DNA of 64,000 nucleotides from assembly GCA_963815195.1 (NCBI GenBank), contig CAWFGE010000012.1, forward strand, positions 352,001 to 416,000. The letters are read 5' to 3'. This DNA comes from an uncultured Planctomycetaceae bacterium (lineage in GTDB: Bacteria; Planctomycetota; Planctomycetia; Planctomycetales; Planctomycetaceae). The notes under the pieces were generated by a model, which was not told the origin of the DNA, did no database searches, and saw only the letters and a program-made list of their open reading frames with translations. This document shows positions 12,389-25,052 of the stretch, piece after piece (the first letter of the stretch is position 1; each line of letters starts with the position of its first letter). Made by a program: the position numbers and the translations under genes.

Positions 12389-12630
12389 GGAGGGCCTCGC
12401 GGAGAACAAAGCACAGAATCGCAGCCGTCGGCATTCCGCCGGCGAAAGGGGATTTTATCAGGGACCGGCGGGTCTGTGAACACAACGGGGAAATTGCATG
12501 CCTTCTGATGGGCAGCCCCCTCGCGCGCTGAAAGCTGAAAGCGGATGTCGTGGAATCCCGGTCGCTTCCGGCGTACAATCACTTGCGGAACTCGTAACAC
12601 GGAAAATCGCGACGTCTTGTCCGGTTCCCA

Positions 12631-14156
12631 ATGAAAAGAGATTCTCTGATGCAAATTCTCGGATTAGGCGCCCAGACGGAACTTGCCACGATCATCCGTC
12701 TGGCCGAACGCGAATACCGCGCGGCCCACAACATTCCCGCCCGGTTGTTGATGAAAGCCGGGAACGTGGAGGTCGAAGTCCATCGGCTCGAAAAGGACGA
12801 CACTTGGATCGGCGGCAGCGTGCGGATTTCCACCCCAGCCGAAAGCGGAGCCGCGGAGACGCTCAAAGCGGTGCACCACGAATTTCCGGACACGAGTTCC
12901 CTCAGCGAAGAAGGCGGCCTATTGGAGTTTCGCTGCCAACTCAATTTCGCCCGCGACGGAGACAAACCGAACGTTGCCAAAAAGCTGTCCCTGCTCTGGT
13001 CCTGGCCGGAGACCTGGCGGGTGTCGGGCGATGATTTTGAGATCGAACCGCTCAGCCCGGAGCGGTTGTTTCTGGCGATGGATGAACTGGGGGCGAGCGA
13101 CATCCACCTTTACCCCGGAGCGGCCCCGGTGTTTCGCATCGACAACCAGACCTGCCCCACCGGCCGGTTCGCCCCGGTGTCGCAACAGCAGATCGAGCGG
13201 CTGATCCAGGAACTCGCCCCCGACGCGGCGTGGGAGGAATTCTTGAGCGAGCAGCAATGCAGCTTCAACTATCGGCAGGTGGACATGGCCCATTCGCGGA
13301 TCTCGGCGTTTATGAAATCCGGCGTGCCGCATTGCACGATCCGCTACCTCCCCGAAGTAATCCCTTCCTTCGAGGATTTGCACATTCCCCGTAAAACGAT
13401 GGAACGCCTCGCCGGTCTTCACGAGGGGTTGATTCTCGTCAGCGGCATGACGGGCAGCGGGAAATCGACGACGGTCGCCTCGCTGATCGATTGGATCAAC
13501 GAAAACCAGGCCAAGCACATTCTGACAATCGAAGCCCCCGTGGAATACGTGCATATCAACAAGCAGTCCATCGTCTCGCAGCGGAACGTCGGCATAGACG
13601 CCCCCACCGCGATCGAAGCCGTGCACGAGGCGCTCCGGCACGACCCGGACATCATCTTCATCGGCGAGATGCGCGACCCCGACACAATCCGCGCCGCGAT
13701 CGACGCCGCCAGCACCGGGCATCTCGTCATCAGCACCTTTCACGCGAACACCGCCGCCGAGGTCATCAACCGCATCGTGAGTTTTTTCGATCCGATCGAG
13801 CGCGACCTCGTCCGCTTGCAGCTGCGGGACTGCATTCGCTGCGTGCTCTGTCAGCGGCTCGTGCCCAAGCGCGGCGGCGGGCGGGTGCCGGCTTTGGAGT
13901 TTCTGTTCGCCGACACGAATCATATTCTGGAGTGCATTCTCAACGGAAATACCGGGGCATCCGCGTGGCGATGCAGCAGACGACTTCGGAATCGACGATC
14001 ATGGAGCATAGCTTGATTAACCTCGTCCGCGAAGGGCTGGTGCTCGATCAAGTCGCCGCCCAGTACGCCTCGAACCGGGATCTCTTCGAGCAAATCCGCC
14101 TGGGCACCTATGCCGTGCCCTCGGTCGATACCATGTTGCACCGGCACAGCACTTGA
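12631..14156 (+). CDS. PilT/PilU-family type IV pilus ATPase with an N-terminal extension; frameshift near 13950
   Basis: ASDIHL, GLILVSGMTGSGKST, LTIEAPVEYVH, ALRHDPDIIFIGEMRD and STGHLVISTFH. Confidence 0.88.
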
Positions 14157-14230
14157 GGAAAACCGCCCCGGCGTGCAAACTGTCCCTTGAGCATTGAATA
14201 AAACACGTAACACCAGCCCAAGCAGCCTCT

Positions 14231-14991
14231 ATGTCCGAAGAACCCCTGATTGCCGTCTTTGTGGATTTCGAGAACCTCGCCATCGGCGTGCGGCAGATGC
14301 GCCGGGAAGTTCCAGATCGGGCTGGTCCTCAAGCGGCTGCTCGAGAAGGGGCGGATCGTCTTCAAGCGGGCGTATTGCGATTGGAGCCATTACCAGGACG
14401 CCATGCAGGAGTTCCACGGCCAGGGCGTGGAGATGATCGACATCCCGCAAACCAAAGTCAGCGGCAAAAACAGTGCCGACATCCGCATGGTGGTCGATGC
14501 CCTCGACTTGTGTTACTCGAAAGACCACATCGACGTGTTCGCCTTGGTGTCGGGCGACAGCGATTTCTCGCCGCTGGTGTCCAAGCTCAAGGAAAACAAC
14601 AAGCGGGTGATCGGCTGCGGGGTCAAGGCGTCCACTTCCGATCTGTTGATCGCCAACTGCGACGAGTTTCTGTACTACGACGACCTGATCCGCACGGCAA
14701 AGAAAGCGACCGCGGCCAAAGAAGAAAACGCAGACGACCGACAAAACACAAGAGGCCGTCGACCGGGTCCTGGAAGTCCTGCAATCGGTCGAGCAGGATT
14801 ACGACCCCTTGTGGGGTTCGACGCTCAAACAAGCCATCCGCCGGGTGTATCCCGGCTTCAGCGAAAGCTACTATGGCTATGGCAGCTTCTCCGATTTGCT
14901 CGAAGACTTGAAAACCAAGAAGCTGATCGACGTGGAATACGATGAAAGCCGAGGCAACTACAAAGTCCGCGGCCGAAAAACGAAACGATAA
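14231..14991 (+). CDS. NYN-domain (LabA/DUF88) protein with C-terminal OST-HTH/LOTUS domain; frameshifts near 14300 and 14750
   Basis: IAVFVDFENL, KRAYCDW, GKNSADIRMVVDA, VSGDSDFSPL and CDEFLYYD; WGSTLKQAIRRVYPGFSESYYGYGSFSDLL. Confidence 0.88.
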
Positions 14992-15001
14992 ACGCCGGTT
15001 T

Positions 15002-15052
15002 GGGTGGCCCTTGCAAAGACCACGCCCTTCGTGCCTCAGGGCGTGCCACCCC
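15002..15052. repeat. Palindromic GGGTGGC...GCCACCC element, possibly acting as a terminator
   Basis: Nested stems GGGTGGC/GCCACCC and CACGCCCT/AGGGCGTG just after the NYN stop codon. Confidence 0.5.
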
Positions 15053-15206
15053 GATTCACTTGTAATGGGCGACTCAACATTTTCCACCTATTTTTGTGAG
15101 ACACACCCAGCGCTAAACGTCTACTCCGCGTTTGGTTGACTTTGAACTCCGGCGCACTCAGACTGAACGATCACCTGTTGGTCGACGATTCATCGAAAGG
15201 AAACTC

Positions 15207-17052
15207 ATGCGCCGGGCGATGTTGGTATTGTTCTGTCTCGTTGTGTGTTTGGCGGAATTCGGCCGCGGGGAGGATCCGCCGGCTCCCCAACCGCCCGAAG
15301 AAGCGGCCCGCGGCATGCAGTTGCCGGAGGGATTTCGGGCGAGCGTGTTCGCGGCGGAACCGGATGTCGTCCAGCCCATCGCGTTTACCATCGACGACCG
15401 CGGGCGGTTGTGGGTTGTGGAATGCCTGTCCTATCCCAAATGGCAAACCGACGGCCAGCCGGGGCGCGACCGCGTCTCCATTTTGGAAGACCAGGACGGC
15501 GACGGCCGATTCGATAAGAAAATCGTGTTCTGGAACGAAGGCAGTAACCTCACCGGAATCGAGTTGGGCTTCGGCGGCGTGTGGCTGTGCTCGACTCCGA
15601 ATCTGATTTTCGTCCCCGATAAAAACGGCGACAACAAACCCGACGGACCGCCGGAGGTGCTGCTCGACGGCTGGTCGCTGGAAGCCAAGCACAACGCATT
15701 CAACGCCCTGACCTGGGGACCGGACGGCTGGCTTTATGGATGCAACGGAATCTTGTCGCGGTCTTTGATCGGCAAGCCCGGCACGCGGGATGACAAGCGC
15801 GTGCCGCTGGACTGCGGCGTGTGGCGGATTCATCCGGTGACCAAGACCTTTGAAGTCGTGATGCACGGCACTACGAATCCGTGGGGCCTGGATTACGACG
15901 AGAACGGCCAGTTCTTCATCACGAACTGCGTGATCAACCATTTGTTCCACGCAATCCCCGGGGCGCACTTCCGGCGAATGTACGGGCAGGATCTCAATCC
16001 CTACGTCTACGGGCTGATGGAGAAGCTGCGCCGATTACTTGCATTGGGGCGGCGGTCCCTGGCAAAGCTCGCGGGGCGGCGAAGGCGTCCACGACGGCCC
16101 CGGCGGCGGACATGCCCATGCGGGCTGCATGGTTTACCTGGGCGACAACTGGCCCGAGAAATATCGCGGCCGGCTGTTTACGTGCAATCTCCACGGCAAG
16201 CGGGTCAATTCGGACAAGCTCAACATCAAAGGCTCGGGCTACAAATCCGAGCGGGCTCCCGATTTTCTGAAAGTGGCCGACGCCTGGTTTCGCGGGCTGG
16301 AGTTGAAATACGGCCCCGACGGCGGCGTGTTTCTGTCCGATTGGTCCGACATCGGCGAATGCCACGATTACGACGACATCCACCGCGAAAACGGGCGGAT
16401 TTATAAAGTCACGTTCGGCCAGCCGAAATCCGTCTCCGTGAACCTCGCCCAAAAGACGAATGCCGAGCTGCTGAAACTGCAACAGCACTCGAATGCCTGG
16501 TTCGCCCGGCATGCCCGGCGGCTCCTGCAGGAACGGGCCGCGATCCAAACCTTGCCCGATGATTTCCGCGAAACCGTCCAAAAGCAATTCCAGAATGCGA
16601 AGGACCACGCGATTCGTTTGCGGCTGTTGTGGACGCTTGCGGTCATCGAACCCGACGGCCTGGACGAAGCATTCCTTTCGAAATTGCTTTCGGATGATGA
16701 TCCCTTTGTGCAGGGCTGGGCGATCCAGTTGAGCCTGGAAGATCAGCATGTGTCGCCGGACTTCTTGAATCAACTTGTTTCATTGGCGAAATCGGAGGCT
16801 TCGCCGGTGGTGCGGTTGTTTTTGGCCTCGGCCCTTCAACGGTTGCCTTTGGACGGCCGCTGGAATTTGGCGGGGGCGCTCTTGGGTCATGCCGAAGATG
16901 CGGACGATGCCAATTTGCCTTTGATGGTCTGGTACGGCATCGAGCCGCTGGTCGCCAAGGACAAAACCCGGGCGCTCAAGTTGATCGTGCAGTCGAAACT
17001 CCCGCTGGTTCGGCAGCACCTCGCCCGCCGCGCCGCCGCGCTCAGCAAGTAA
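15207..17052 (+). CDS. PVC-type putative membrane-bound dehydrogenase-domain protein (beta-propeller plus HEAT-like repeats, no heme motif); frameshift near 16022
   Basis: Signal peptide; LPEGFRASVFAAEP, IDDRGRLWV, LEDQDGDGRFD, WGPDGWLY, NPWGLDYD, GPDGGVFLSDW and GRIYKV. Confidence 0.85.
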
Positions 17053-17075
17053 ACGCTCGATCGGGATCATCACCC

Positions 17076-17651
17076 ATGCCGACTTTTAAGGACTTCACGG
17101 AGTATTTTCAGAAAGTGGGAGCCACCGAGGTCGCCCATACCTCGAAATCCTATCTGGCCCACGGCATCGGCGTCTCGAACGACCTCAAGGAATGGGGCTC
17201 TGACGAAGACGTGGCCAAGGCGGGGCTGTTTCATTCCATTTATGGGACGGAACTCTTTCAAGGTTTCGTATTGCCTTTGGAAAAACGGCACGAGGTCCGC
17301 GAGTTGATCGGCGACCGCGCGGAGCGGCTGGCGTGGTTGAATTGCGCGATCGACCGCCGGCATTTCGACCGCGAAATCCTCAAAACGAACGGGCCTTATG
17401 AGATCCTCGACCGGTTTACCGGCGACACCGTCCCGGTAAGTGATGCCGACTTTCACGACCTGTGCGTGATCCATCTGTGCGACTGGCTCGAGCAGGTCGG
17501 CCGGTCCAAAGCCTGGGACTACCGCCGCACCGGTTACCGCCGGCTCGCCGAACGTCTGGGCGGTATCGGCCAACGGCGTTACGACGCGGTGTTCGCGCAG
17601 GCTCCCCCGCAGACGTGGTTCAAAGAATACGACCGCCCGCCGACCCCCTGA
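17076..17651 (+). CDS. DUF6817-like (HD-related) protein
   Basis: HTSKSYLAH, AGLFHSIYGTE and VRELIGDRAERL motifs. Confidence 0.7.
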   Translation: MPTFKDFTEYFQKVGATEVAHTSKSYLAHGIGVSNDLKEWGSDEDVAKAGLFHSIYGTELFQGFVLPLEKRHEVRELIGDRAERLAWLNCAIDRRHFDREILKTNGPYEILDRFTGDTVPVSDADFHDLCVIHLCDWLEQVGRSKAWDYRRTGYRRLAERLGGIGQRRYDAVFAQAPPQTWFKEYDRPPTP

Positions 17652-17671
17652 TTCCGTGCGTTTTCTGATGC

Positions 17672-17696
17672 AAATCGGAAGCACGAAATCCGAAAC
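17672..17696 (+). repeat. Heptamer-type repeat AAATCCG/AAGCACG, family 5
   Basis: Related copies at 30922, 42946 and 62791. Confidence 0.6.
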
Positions 17697-17712
17697 GCAC
17701 CCAAAATTCGAC

Positions 17713-17960
17713 GGGCCGAAGGCCCGGTTCTATGTCAGCCCAGGGCAAGCTCAGCGCCGCCTTGGGTTACGGATGATGAAGGAAACGCAGCCCCAACGGG
17801 GCGGCCTTATGTAAATCTTTGGTGGATGAGGACTCTCACCACGGATTAAGCCACCTGCGTCTCTCCGGTTTAGGACCGCCCCGTTGGGGCTTTTGCAATT
17901 TGTTCGCTCCCGTTCCCAGGGCTCCGCCCTGGGCTGACATAGAGCCGGACCTTCGGTCCT
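17713..17960. mobile_element. About 250-bp palindromic REPIN/MITE-like element, family 2 (second copy)
   Basis: Same arms and internal inverted repeat as 10893-11126, with a divergent centre. Confidence 0.75.
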
Positions 17961-18050
17961 CTTTCCATAACCTGGAGCCACTGAGGTTCGGATGTGCCGG
18001 CGCCGAATCGTGCAAAACTGCGCAAGCTGATTTAGTCGCCGGTCTTGATC

Positions 18051-18965
18051 TTAAGCCTGCATCAGCCAGACCAACAGCCCCTTGGCGAGGTGCATGCGGT
18101 TTTCGGCTTGCAGAAACGCGATGCTTTGCGGGCCGTCGATCACCTCATCCGTGACTTCCTCCCCGCGGTGGGCCGGCAGGTCGTGCATGAACCGGCACTC
18201 TTTCGGGGCCTTGGCCATCAACTCGGCGTTGACCTGGAACTTCGCGAACAAACTCCGGCGGTGGTCGGCCTCGTCTTCCTGCCCCATGCTGGCCCAGACA
18301 TCGGTATAAATAATGTCCGCCGACGGCAGCACGCCCTGGATGTCGTTGGTCACCGTCAGCCGCGCGGCGGGCACATGGCGGTTCAGGGTTTGCATAAAAT
18401 CCGCCTGGAGTTCATAACCCCGGGGACTTGCGACCGTCATCCGCATGCCCGCAAGCGCCGTCGCAATCGCCAGCGACTTGGCAATGTTGTTCCCATCGCC
18501 CAGATAGAACAAATGCAAGTCCTTAACCGTTCCAAACACTTCTTGAATGGTGAAAAGATCCGTGAGCGCCTGGCAGGGATGGCGGTCGTCCGAAAGGGCG
18601 TTGATGATCGGGCAGCTGGCGTGCGCCGCGAAATCTTCGATCAACTTCTGCGAAAACGTGCGGAGCGCGATCGCGTCCGAATAACTGCTGAGGACGCGGG
18701 CAATGTCCGGGAGCGTTTCGCGCCCGCCCATGCCGGCTTCTTTGCTGGTGATGAAGATCCCGCCGCCGCCGAGCTGCAGCATCGCCGCCTCGAAACTGTT
18801 GCGGGTCCTGAGCGAGGGTTTCTCGAACACCATCGCCAGCACGCGGCCCGGCAAAAGGGCCGGCCGGTCGCCGGCCTGGTGTTTCGTTTTGAGATCCGTC
18901 GCGATTGTCAGAATCTCTTGGACCTCGTCGGCCGTTACATCGAATAAAGATCGCAGATGTCGCAT
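18051..18965 (-). CDS. argF: Ornithine carbamoyltransferase
   Basis: FEKPSLRT, HPCQAL, GDGNN, YTDVWASMGQE, HDLPA and QAENR. Confidence 0.95.
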   Translation of the reverse strand: MRHLRSLFDVTADEVQEILTIATDLKTKHQAGDRPALLPGRVLAMVFEKPSLRTRNSFEAAMLQLGGGGIFITSKEAGMGGRETLPDIARVLSSYSDAIALRTFSQKLIEDFAAHASCPIINALSDDRHPCQALTDLFTIQEVFGTVKDLHLFYLGDGNNIAKSLAIATALAGMRMTVASPRGYELQADFMQTLNRHVPAARLTVTNDIQGVLPSADIIYTDVWASMGQEDEADHRRSLFAKFQVNAELMAKAPKECRFMHDLPAHRGEEVTDEVIDGPQSIAFLQAENRMHLAKGLLVWLMQA

Positions 18966-18983
18966 GATGTCTCCCGGCGGCTG

Positions 18984-20186
18984 TTACTCGTCTTCCGCCA
19001 TTTCCCGCAGCACGTCCGCGAGGATTTCGCAGCCGGCATCGACCTCCTCGGCGGTGATGTTGATGGCCGGCAGCAACCGGACGACCGTGTCGTGAGTGGC
19101 GTTGATTAACAGGCCGCGCTCCATGCACTTGCCGACGGCGGGAGTCGCCGGCAGCGTGAGATCGATGCCGATCATCATCCCCAAAATCCGCAGCTCGCTG
19201 ATGATGGGCAGTTCCTCGGCCAAGGGTTCCAGATGGCTTTTGAACCGCTCGGACATTTGCCGGCAGTTTTCGAGGAGGTTCTGGTTTTCGATCATCGTCG
19301 CGGTCGCGATGCCCGCGGCCATCGCCAGCGGATTGCCGCCGAAGGTGCTGGCGTGCATGCCGGGCCGCAGGCTGGGGGCCACCTCTTCGGTCGCCATGAT
19401 CCCGCCGCACGCCACGCCGCCCGCGAGTCCTTTGGCCATCGTCATAATGTCCGGCTGGACGTTCCAATGCTGATAGGCGAACCAGTGGCCCGTGCGGCCC
19501 ATGCCGGTTTGGACTTCATCGAAGATCAACAGACAGCCGTTCTCGTCGGCGATTTTTCGGAGCCCTTCCAGATAGCCCTTCGCCGGGAGATTGACGCCGC
19601 CTTCGCCTTGGACCGGTTCGATGAGGATCGCGGCGGTTTCATCATCCACCAAGGCTTTGACCGCGTCGAGATCGTTGTGCGGAGCATACCGGAACCCCGC
19701 CACCAGCGGGCCGATGCCTTCGTGATACTTCGGCTGAGCCGTCGCGGTGACGGCCCCGTAGGTTCGGCCGTGAAAGCCGTTCTCGAAGGTGATAATCTTG
19801 TGCCGGCCTTCCGGCGTGTGCAGGCGGGCGAGTTTGATGGCGGCCTCGACGGCCTCGGCTCCGCTGTTACAGAAAAACGCTTTGCCGAAGCTGTGCGTGG
19901 AAAGCAGTTCCGCAAACCGGCCCTGGCCTTCCATGTACCAGGTGTTGGGCACATGGATCAACTGGGCGACCTGGTCCTTGATGGCCGCGACGACCGGCGG
20001 CGGACAATAGCCCAAAATGTTGCAGCCCCAGCCGGGAAAAAAATCCAGATAACGCCGGCCTTCCGCATCCCACACAGAAGACCCCTCGCCCCGCACGAGC
20101 GCGATCGGATACCGGCGGTAATTGGGGATCACATATTGATCGAACAGCGCGATCGTTTCCTGACTGGACGCGGCGGTGGTGCTCAC
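18984..20186 (-). CDS. argD: Acetylornithine aminotransferase
   Basis: [35 protein letters not shown] and HASTFGGNP; lies between argB and argF. Confidence 0.93.
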   Translation of the reverse strand: MSTTAASSQETIALFDQYVIPNYRRYPIALVRGEGSSVWDAEGRRYLDFFPGWGCNILGYCPPPVVAAIKDQVAQLIHVPNTWYMEGQGRFAELLSTHSFGKAFFCNSGAEAVEAAIKLARLHTPEGRHKIITFENGFHGRTYGAVTATAQPKYHEGIGPLVAGFRYAPHNDLDAVKALVDDETAAILIEPVQGEGGVNLPAKGYLEGLRKIADENGCLLIFDEVQTGMGRTGHWFAYQHWNVQPDIMTMAKGLAGGVACGGIMATEEVAPSLRPGMHASTFGGNPLAMAAGIATATMIENQNLLENCRQMSERFKSHLEPLAEELPIISELRILGMMIGIDLTLPATPAVGKCMERGLLINATHDTVVRLLPAINITAEEVDAGCEILADVLREMAEDE

Positions 20187-20215
20187 AAGTGGGGTTCCTA
20201 TCACGAATGTATGAA

Positions 20216-20324
20216 GGCGAGCGGCCAGCGTAAGCTGGCTGATCATTCCGAACGCTTCAGTTTGTTAACTTCATAATCTCAATTGCATTCCGCGTTACCA
20301 GCCAGCTTACGCTGGCCGCTCGCC
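20216..20324. repeat. Inverted REP pair, family 3 (GGCGAGCGGCCAGCGTAAGCTGGCTG)
   Basis: 20216-20243 and its reverse complement 20297-20324 in the argB-argD spacer. Confidence 0.8.
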
Positions 20325-20374
20325 TTTTCTCAACAGAATCTTCTGACCCTTATTCCTGCACCTAGGTTCGCGTT

Positions 20375-21250
20375 TCATAGAACAATCTCCGTACCGACGC
20401 CCGTGTTTGAGTAAATCTCCAAGAGCACCGAATGCGGCATGCGGCCGTCGACGATGTGCACTTTATTCACGCCGGCTTTGAGCGCTTCCAGAGCCGCTTC
20501 CACTTTGGGGACCATGCCGGCGTCGATGGCTCCGCCGCGAATCAGTTCCCGGCAGCGCTCATCGTTCAGATGGGAAATCAAACTCTCGGGTTTGTTCCGG
20601 TCGAGAAAAATTCCCGGCACATCGCTCAAGAACACCAGCTTCTCCGCCTTGAGCAACCGGGCGACCGCGGCAGCGGCGGTGTCGGCGTTGACGTTGAGCT
20701 TGTTCCCCGCGCGGTCCAACACGACGGAAGGAATCACCGGAATGCAGCCGGACCGGCAGGTGTCTTCCAAGAGGTTGCGGTCAAAATCCACAACCTGCCC
20801 CACGGCCCCCAAGTCGATGGGTTTTCCTTTCTCATCCGGCAGCGTGAGCTTCTCGCCGATCAAACAGTTCTGGGTGGCATAGCTGAGTTCCACCGCGTGC
20901 CCGCCCTGGGCGCGAATCTGGCGGACGAGGGAGCGGCAGATCTCCTCGGCCAGCACGCGGGCCGCGATTTCGAGTGTGATTTCATCGGTATAACGCCGGC
21001 CTTGGACGAACCGCGGTTCGATGCCGGCTTCGTTCATCGCCTGTGAAATCGCCTTGCCGCCGCCGTGGATCAGGATGGGCTTCATCCCCACGGTTTCCAT
21101 GAAGATCACATCGCCGAGAAAGCGTTTGACGGCTTCGGTTTCTTCCAGGGCGCTGCCGCCGAGCTTGATGACGACGTACCGCCCCCGAAACCGCCGAATC
21201 CAGGCGAGGGCTTCGATCAATACGCTGGCTTTGCGGATCGCCTCGTCCAC
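20375..21250 (-). CDS. argB: Acetylglutamate kinase
   Basis: [32 protein letters not shown] and HIVDGR. Confidence 0.95.
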   Translation of the reverse strand: MDEAIRKASVLIEALAWIRRFRGRYVVIKLGGSALEETEAVKRFLGDVIFMETVGMKPILIHGGGKAISQAMNEAGIEPRFVQGRRYTDEITLEIAARVLAEEICRSLVRQIRAQGGHAVELSYATQNCLIGEKLTLPDEKGKPIDLGAVGQVVDFDRNLLEDTCRSGCIPVIPSVVLDRAGNKLNVNADTAAAAVARLLKAEKLVFLSDVPGIFLDRNKPESLISHLNDERCRELIRGGAIDAGMVPKVEAALEALKAGVNKVHIVDGRMPHSVLLEIYSNTGVGTEIVL

Positions 21251-21400
21251 GAACGTTCCCCAGGAGAAACCACGAAGGAAACCAGTGATTGTAAAGCCGC
21301 CGCACAAATTGTGTCAACGATGCGAAACGGCCCTTGCCGTTGCAAACCAACGCAGCGTTTGCCGATGAGTTGTCGCGGATTCCCCGCCCAGTTAACCTGA

Positions 21401-22471
<1,071 letters not shown>

Positions 22472-22509
22472 CGAAGGCGAGCGGGGGGCGTAAGCCCCCT
22501 GGTCACTCC
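22472..22509 (+). repeat. REP-like element, family 3
   Basis: CGAAGGCGAGCGGGGGGCGTAAGCCCCCTGGTCACTCC; near-identical to 51712-51750. Confidence 0.75.
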
Positions 22510-22551
22510 CAAGGTACAAAACGCATCCATCACAAAAAAGGACATTCGATA

Positions 22552-25047
22552 ATGCAGCGAGTTCTCTCAGCGATTCTGTTGGGTTGGTTGATGACCCCGG
22601 TTTTGGCGTTTGCCGAGGACGCGACGCCGGTGGAGGCGATGAAAACTCTCAAAGGGTTCCAGGTGGAACGCCTTTATAACGTTCCCGAAAAGACCCAAGG
22701 CTCCTGGGTCAATCTGACGATGGACCCCAAGGGCCGGCTGATTGTCTCCGATCAATACGGCAAGCTGCACCGCGTCACGCTGCCGGCTTTGGGGACGGCC
22801 GAGGGGCTTGAAGTCGAACCGATCGACGCCAAAATCGGCGAAGCCCAAGGTTTGTTGTGGGCGTTTGACAGTCTGTATGTGATGGTTAACACCGGCGGCA
22901 AGTATAAGAGCGGGCTGTACCGCGTCCGCGACACCGACGGCGACGACAAACTCGATTCCGTGGAAACGCTCAGGCTTCTGGACGGCAACGCCGAGCATGG
23001 GCCGCATGCGGTGGTCCTCTCGCCCGACGGCAAATCGATCTATGTCGTCTGCGGCGACAAGACGCGGCTGACCAAGTTCAATTCCTCCCGCGTGCCAGAG
23101 GTTTGGGACGAAGACCTGATGCTGCCCCGCGTGTACGGCCGGGGCTTTATGCGCGACACGCCCGCGCCGGGCGGATGGATCGGCAAGATCGATCCCGACG
23201 GCAAGCACTGGGAACTGATCGCGGTGGGCTTTCGGAACGAATACGACGCCGCGTTCAACCTGGCGGGCGATCTTTTCAGTTACGACGCCGACATGGAATG
23301 GGACATGAACACCCCCTGGTATCGGCCGACGCGGATTTGCGAGGTCGTCAGCGGGGCGGAGTTCGGCTGGCGGAACAGTTCCGGCAAATGGCCCGCTTAT
23401 TATCCCGATAGCGTCCCCTCCGTCGTCGACATTGGCCCCGGCTCGCCGACGGGCGTGACGTTCGGCTACGGAGCGAAGTTCCCCGCCAAATATCAACAGG
23501 CGATGTTCTGCTGCGATTGGAGTTACGGCAAACTTTACGCGGTGCACCTCGAACCGGCCGGGGCGTCCTACAAAGGCATCGCGGAAGAATTTGTCACCGG
23601 CGTGCCTTTGCCGCTCACCGATGTGGTCATCAACCCCAAAGACGGGGCGATGTATTTTGCGATTGGCGGCCGGCGGACGACATCGGGTCTCTACCGCGTG
23701 ACCTACCACGGCCCCGAATCCACAAAAGCCGTCACCACGTTTACCTATCCCGACGAAGACACCAAACAGGCTCACGAAAAACGCCGGGAACTGGAATCCA
23801 TGCACCGCAGGCTTTCGGCAAAAGCGATCGAAAAAATCTGGCCGTCACTTTCCAGCGAAGACCGTTTCATCCGCTATGCAGCGCGGGTGGCGCTCGAGCA
23901 TCAAGATCCGAGTTGGTGGCAGGATCGGGCGTTGACCGATCCCAATCCCTGGACTGTCATCACATCGATGATCGCCCTCGCCCGCGTCAGCAAGAAACCG
24001 GAACTGCAAACCCGCGTGCTGGGGGCGCTGGGTCGGCTCAAATGGAAATCCCTTGACGAGCCGCAGAAGATCGCCCTTTTGCGGGCTTACGAGCTGGCCC
24101 TGCTCAGGCTCGGAAAAGTCAGCGAAGAAAACCGCCAGGCGTTGATCGAGCATCTCGATCCCTGGTTTCCCGCCGGGAACGAACCCTTAAATGCGGAGCT
24201 TTGTCAGATTCTGGTGTATCTGCAATCCCCGACGGTCGCGAAGAGAGGTATGAAGCTCCTCGCGGATGCTCCGACGCAGGAAGAGCAGATCAACTATGCG
24301 AAATCGCTCCGGCTCTTAAAAACCGGCTGGACGAAGCCGCTCCGCGAAGAGTACTTCCGCTGGTTCCACAAGGCGATGGGTTACCGCGGCGGGGCGAGTT
24401 TTACATTGTTCGTGCGGGACATTCAAAAGGGAGCCGTCGCGAACTTGACGCCCGAGGAAAAGAAAGACTTGGAGCCGCTGTTGGAACTCAAGGAGGACAG
24501 CCCGGAAGCCGTGGCGAGTTTCCCGCCGCGGGAAGTCGTCAAGGAATGGAAGCTCGGTGAGTTGGAACCGCTCGTCAAACAGGGTCTTTCGGGACGGAAT
24601 TTCGAGCGCGGCCGGAAGTTGTTTGGCGAGGCCAAGTGTTTCGCTTGCCACCGCTTCGACAATCAGGGCGGGGCCATCGGCCCGGATCTCACAGCCCTCT
24701 CCGGCCGATTCAACGTGCATGACCTGTTGGAGTCGATCGTCGAGCCCAGCAAAACGATCAGCGACCAATACGCCGCCGTCAACATCGCCACGGTGGGTGG
24801 CGATGTCATCACCGGCCGGATCGTGAACCTCAAAGGCGACACATTGATCATCAACACCAACATGCTCGATCCGAATGCCCAGACCAACGTCAAGCGAGGC
24901 GACATCGAGGTCATGAAACCCTCCACCAAATCCATGATGCCCGAGGGCCTCTTAAGCACTTTTAAGAAGGACGAAATCCTCGACCTGATGGCGTATCTGC
25001 TCTCCCGAGGCAATGCGGAGCACGAGATGTTTGATCGGAAGAAATGA
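22552..25047 (+). CDS. PVC-type heme-binding c-type cytochrome protein (beta-propeller, HEAT-like repeats, CxxCH)
   Basis: Signal peptide; GRKLFGEAKCFACH, GPDLT, LLESIVEPS, SMMPEGL and DLMAYL. Confidence 0.9.
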   Translation: MQRVLSAILLGWLMTPVLAFAEDATPVEAMKTLKGFQVERLYNVPEKTQGSWVNLTMDPKGRLIVSDQYGKLHRVTLPALGTAEGLEVEPIDAKIGEAQGLLWAFDSLYVMVNTGGKYKSGLYRVRDTDGDDKLDSVETLRLLDGNAEHGPHAVVLSPDGKSIYVVCGDKTRLTKFNSSRVPEVWDEDLMLPRVYGRGFMRDTPAPGGWIGKIDPDGKHWELIAVGFRNEYDAAFNLAGDLFSYDADMEWDMNTPWYRPTRICEVVSGAEFGWRNSSGKWPAYYPDSVPSVVDIGPGSPTGVTFGYGAKFPAKYQQAMFCCDWSYGKLYAVHLEPAGASYKGIAEEFVTGVPLPLTDVVINPKDGAMYFAIGGRRTTSGLYRVTYHGPESTKAVTTFTYPDEDTKQAHEKRRELESMHRRLSAKAIEKIWPSLSSEDRFIRYAARVALEHQDPSWWQDRALTDPNPWTVITSMIALARVSKKPELQTRVLGALGRLKWKSLDEPQKIALLRAYELALLRLGKVSEENRQALIEHLDPWFPAGNEPLNAELCQILVYLQSPTVAKRGMKLLADAPTQEEQINYAKSLRLLKTGWTKPLREEYFRWFHKAMGYRGGASFTLFVRDIQKGAVANLTPEEKKDLEPLLELKEDSPEAVASFPPREVVKEWKLGELEPLVKQGLSGRNFERGRKLFGEAKCFACHRFDNQGGAIGPDLTALSGRFNVHDLLESIVEPSKTISDQYAAVNIATVGGDVITGRIVNLKGDTLIINTNMLDPNAQTNVKRGDIEVMKPSTKSMMPEGLLSTFKKDEILDLMAYLLSRGNAEHEMFDRKK

Positions 25048-25052
25048 AAAAA

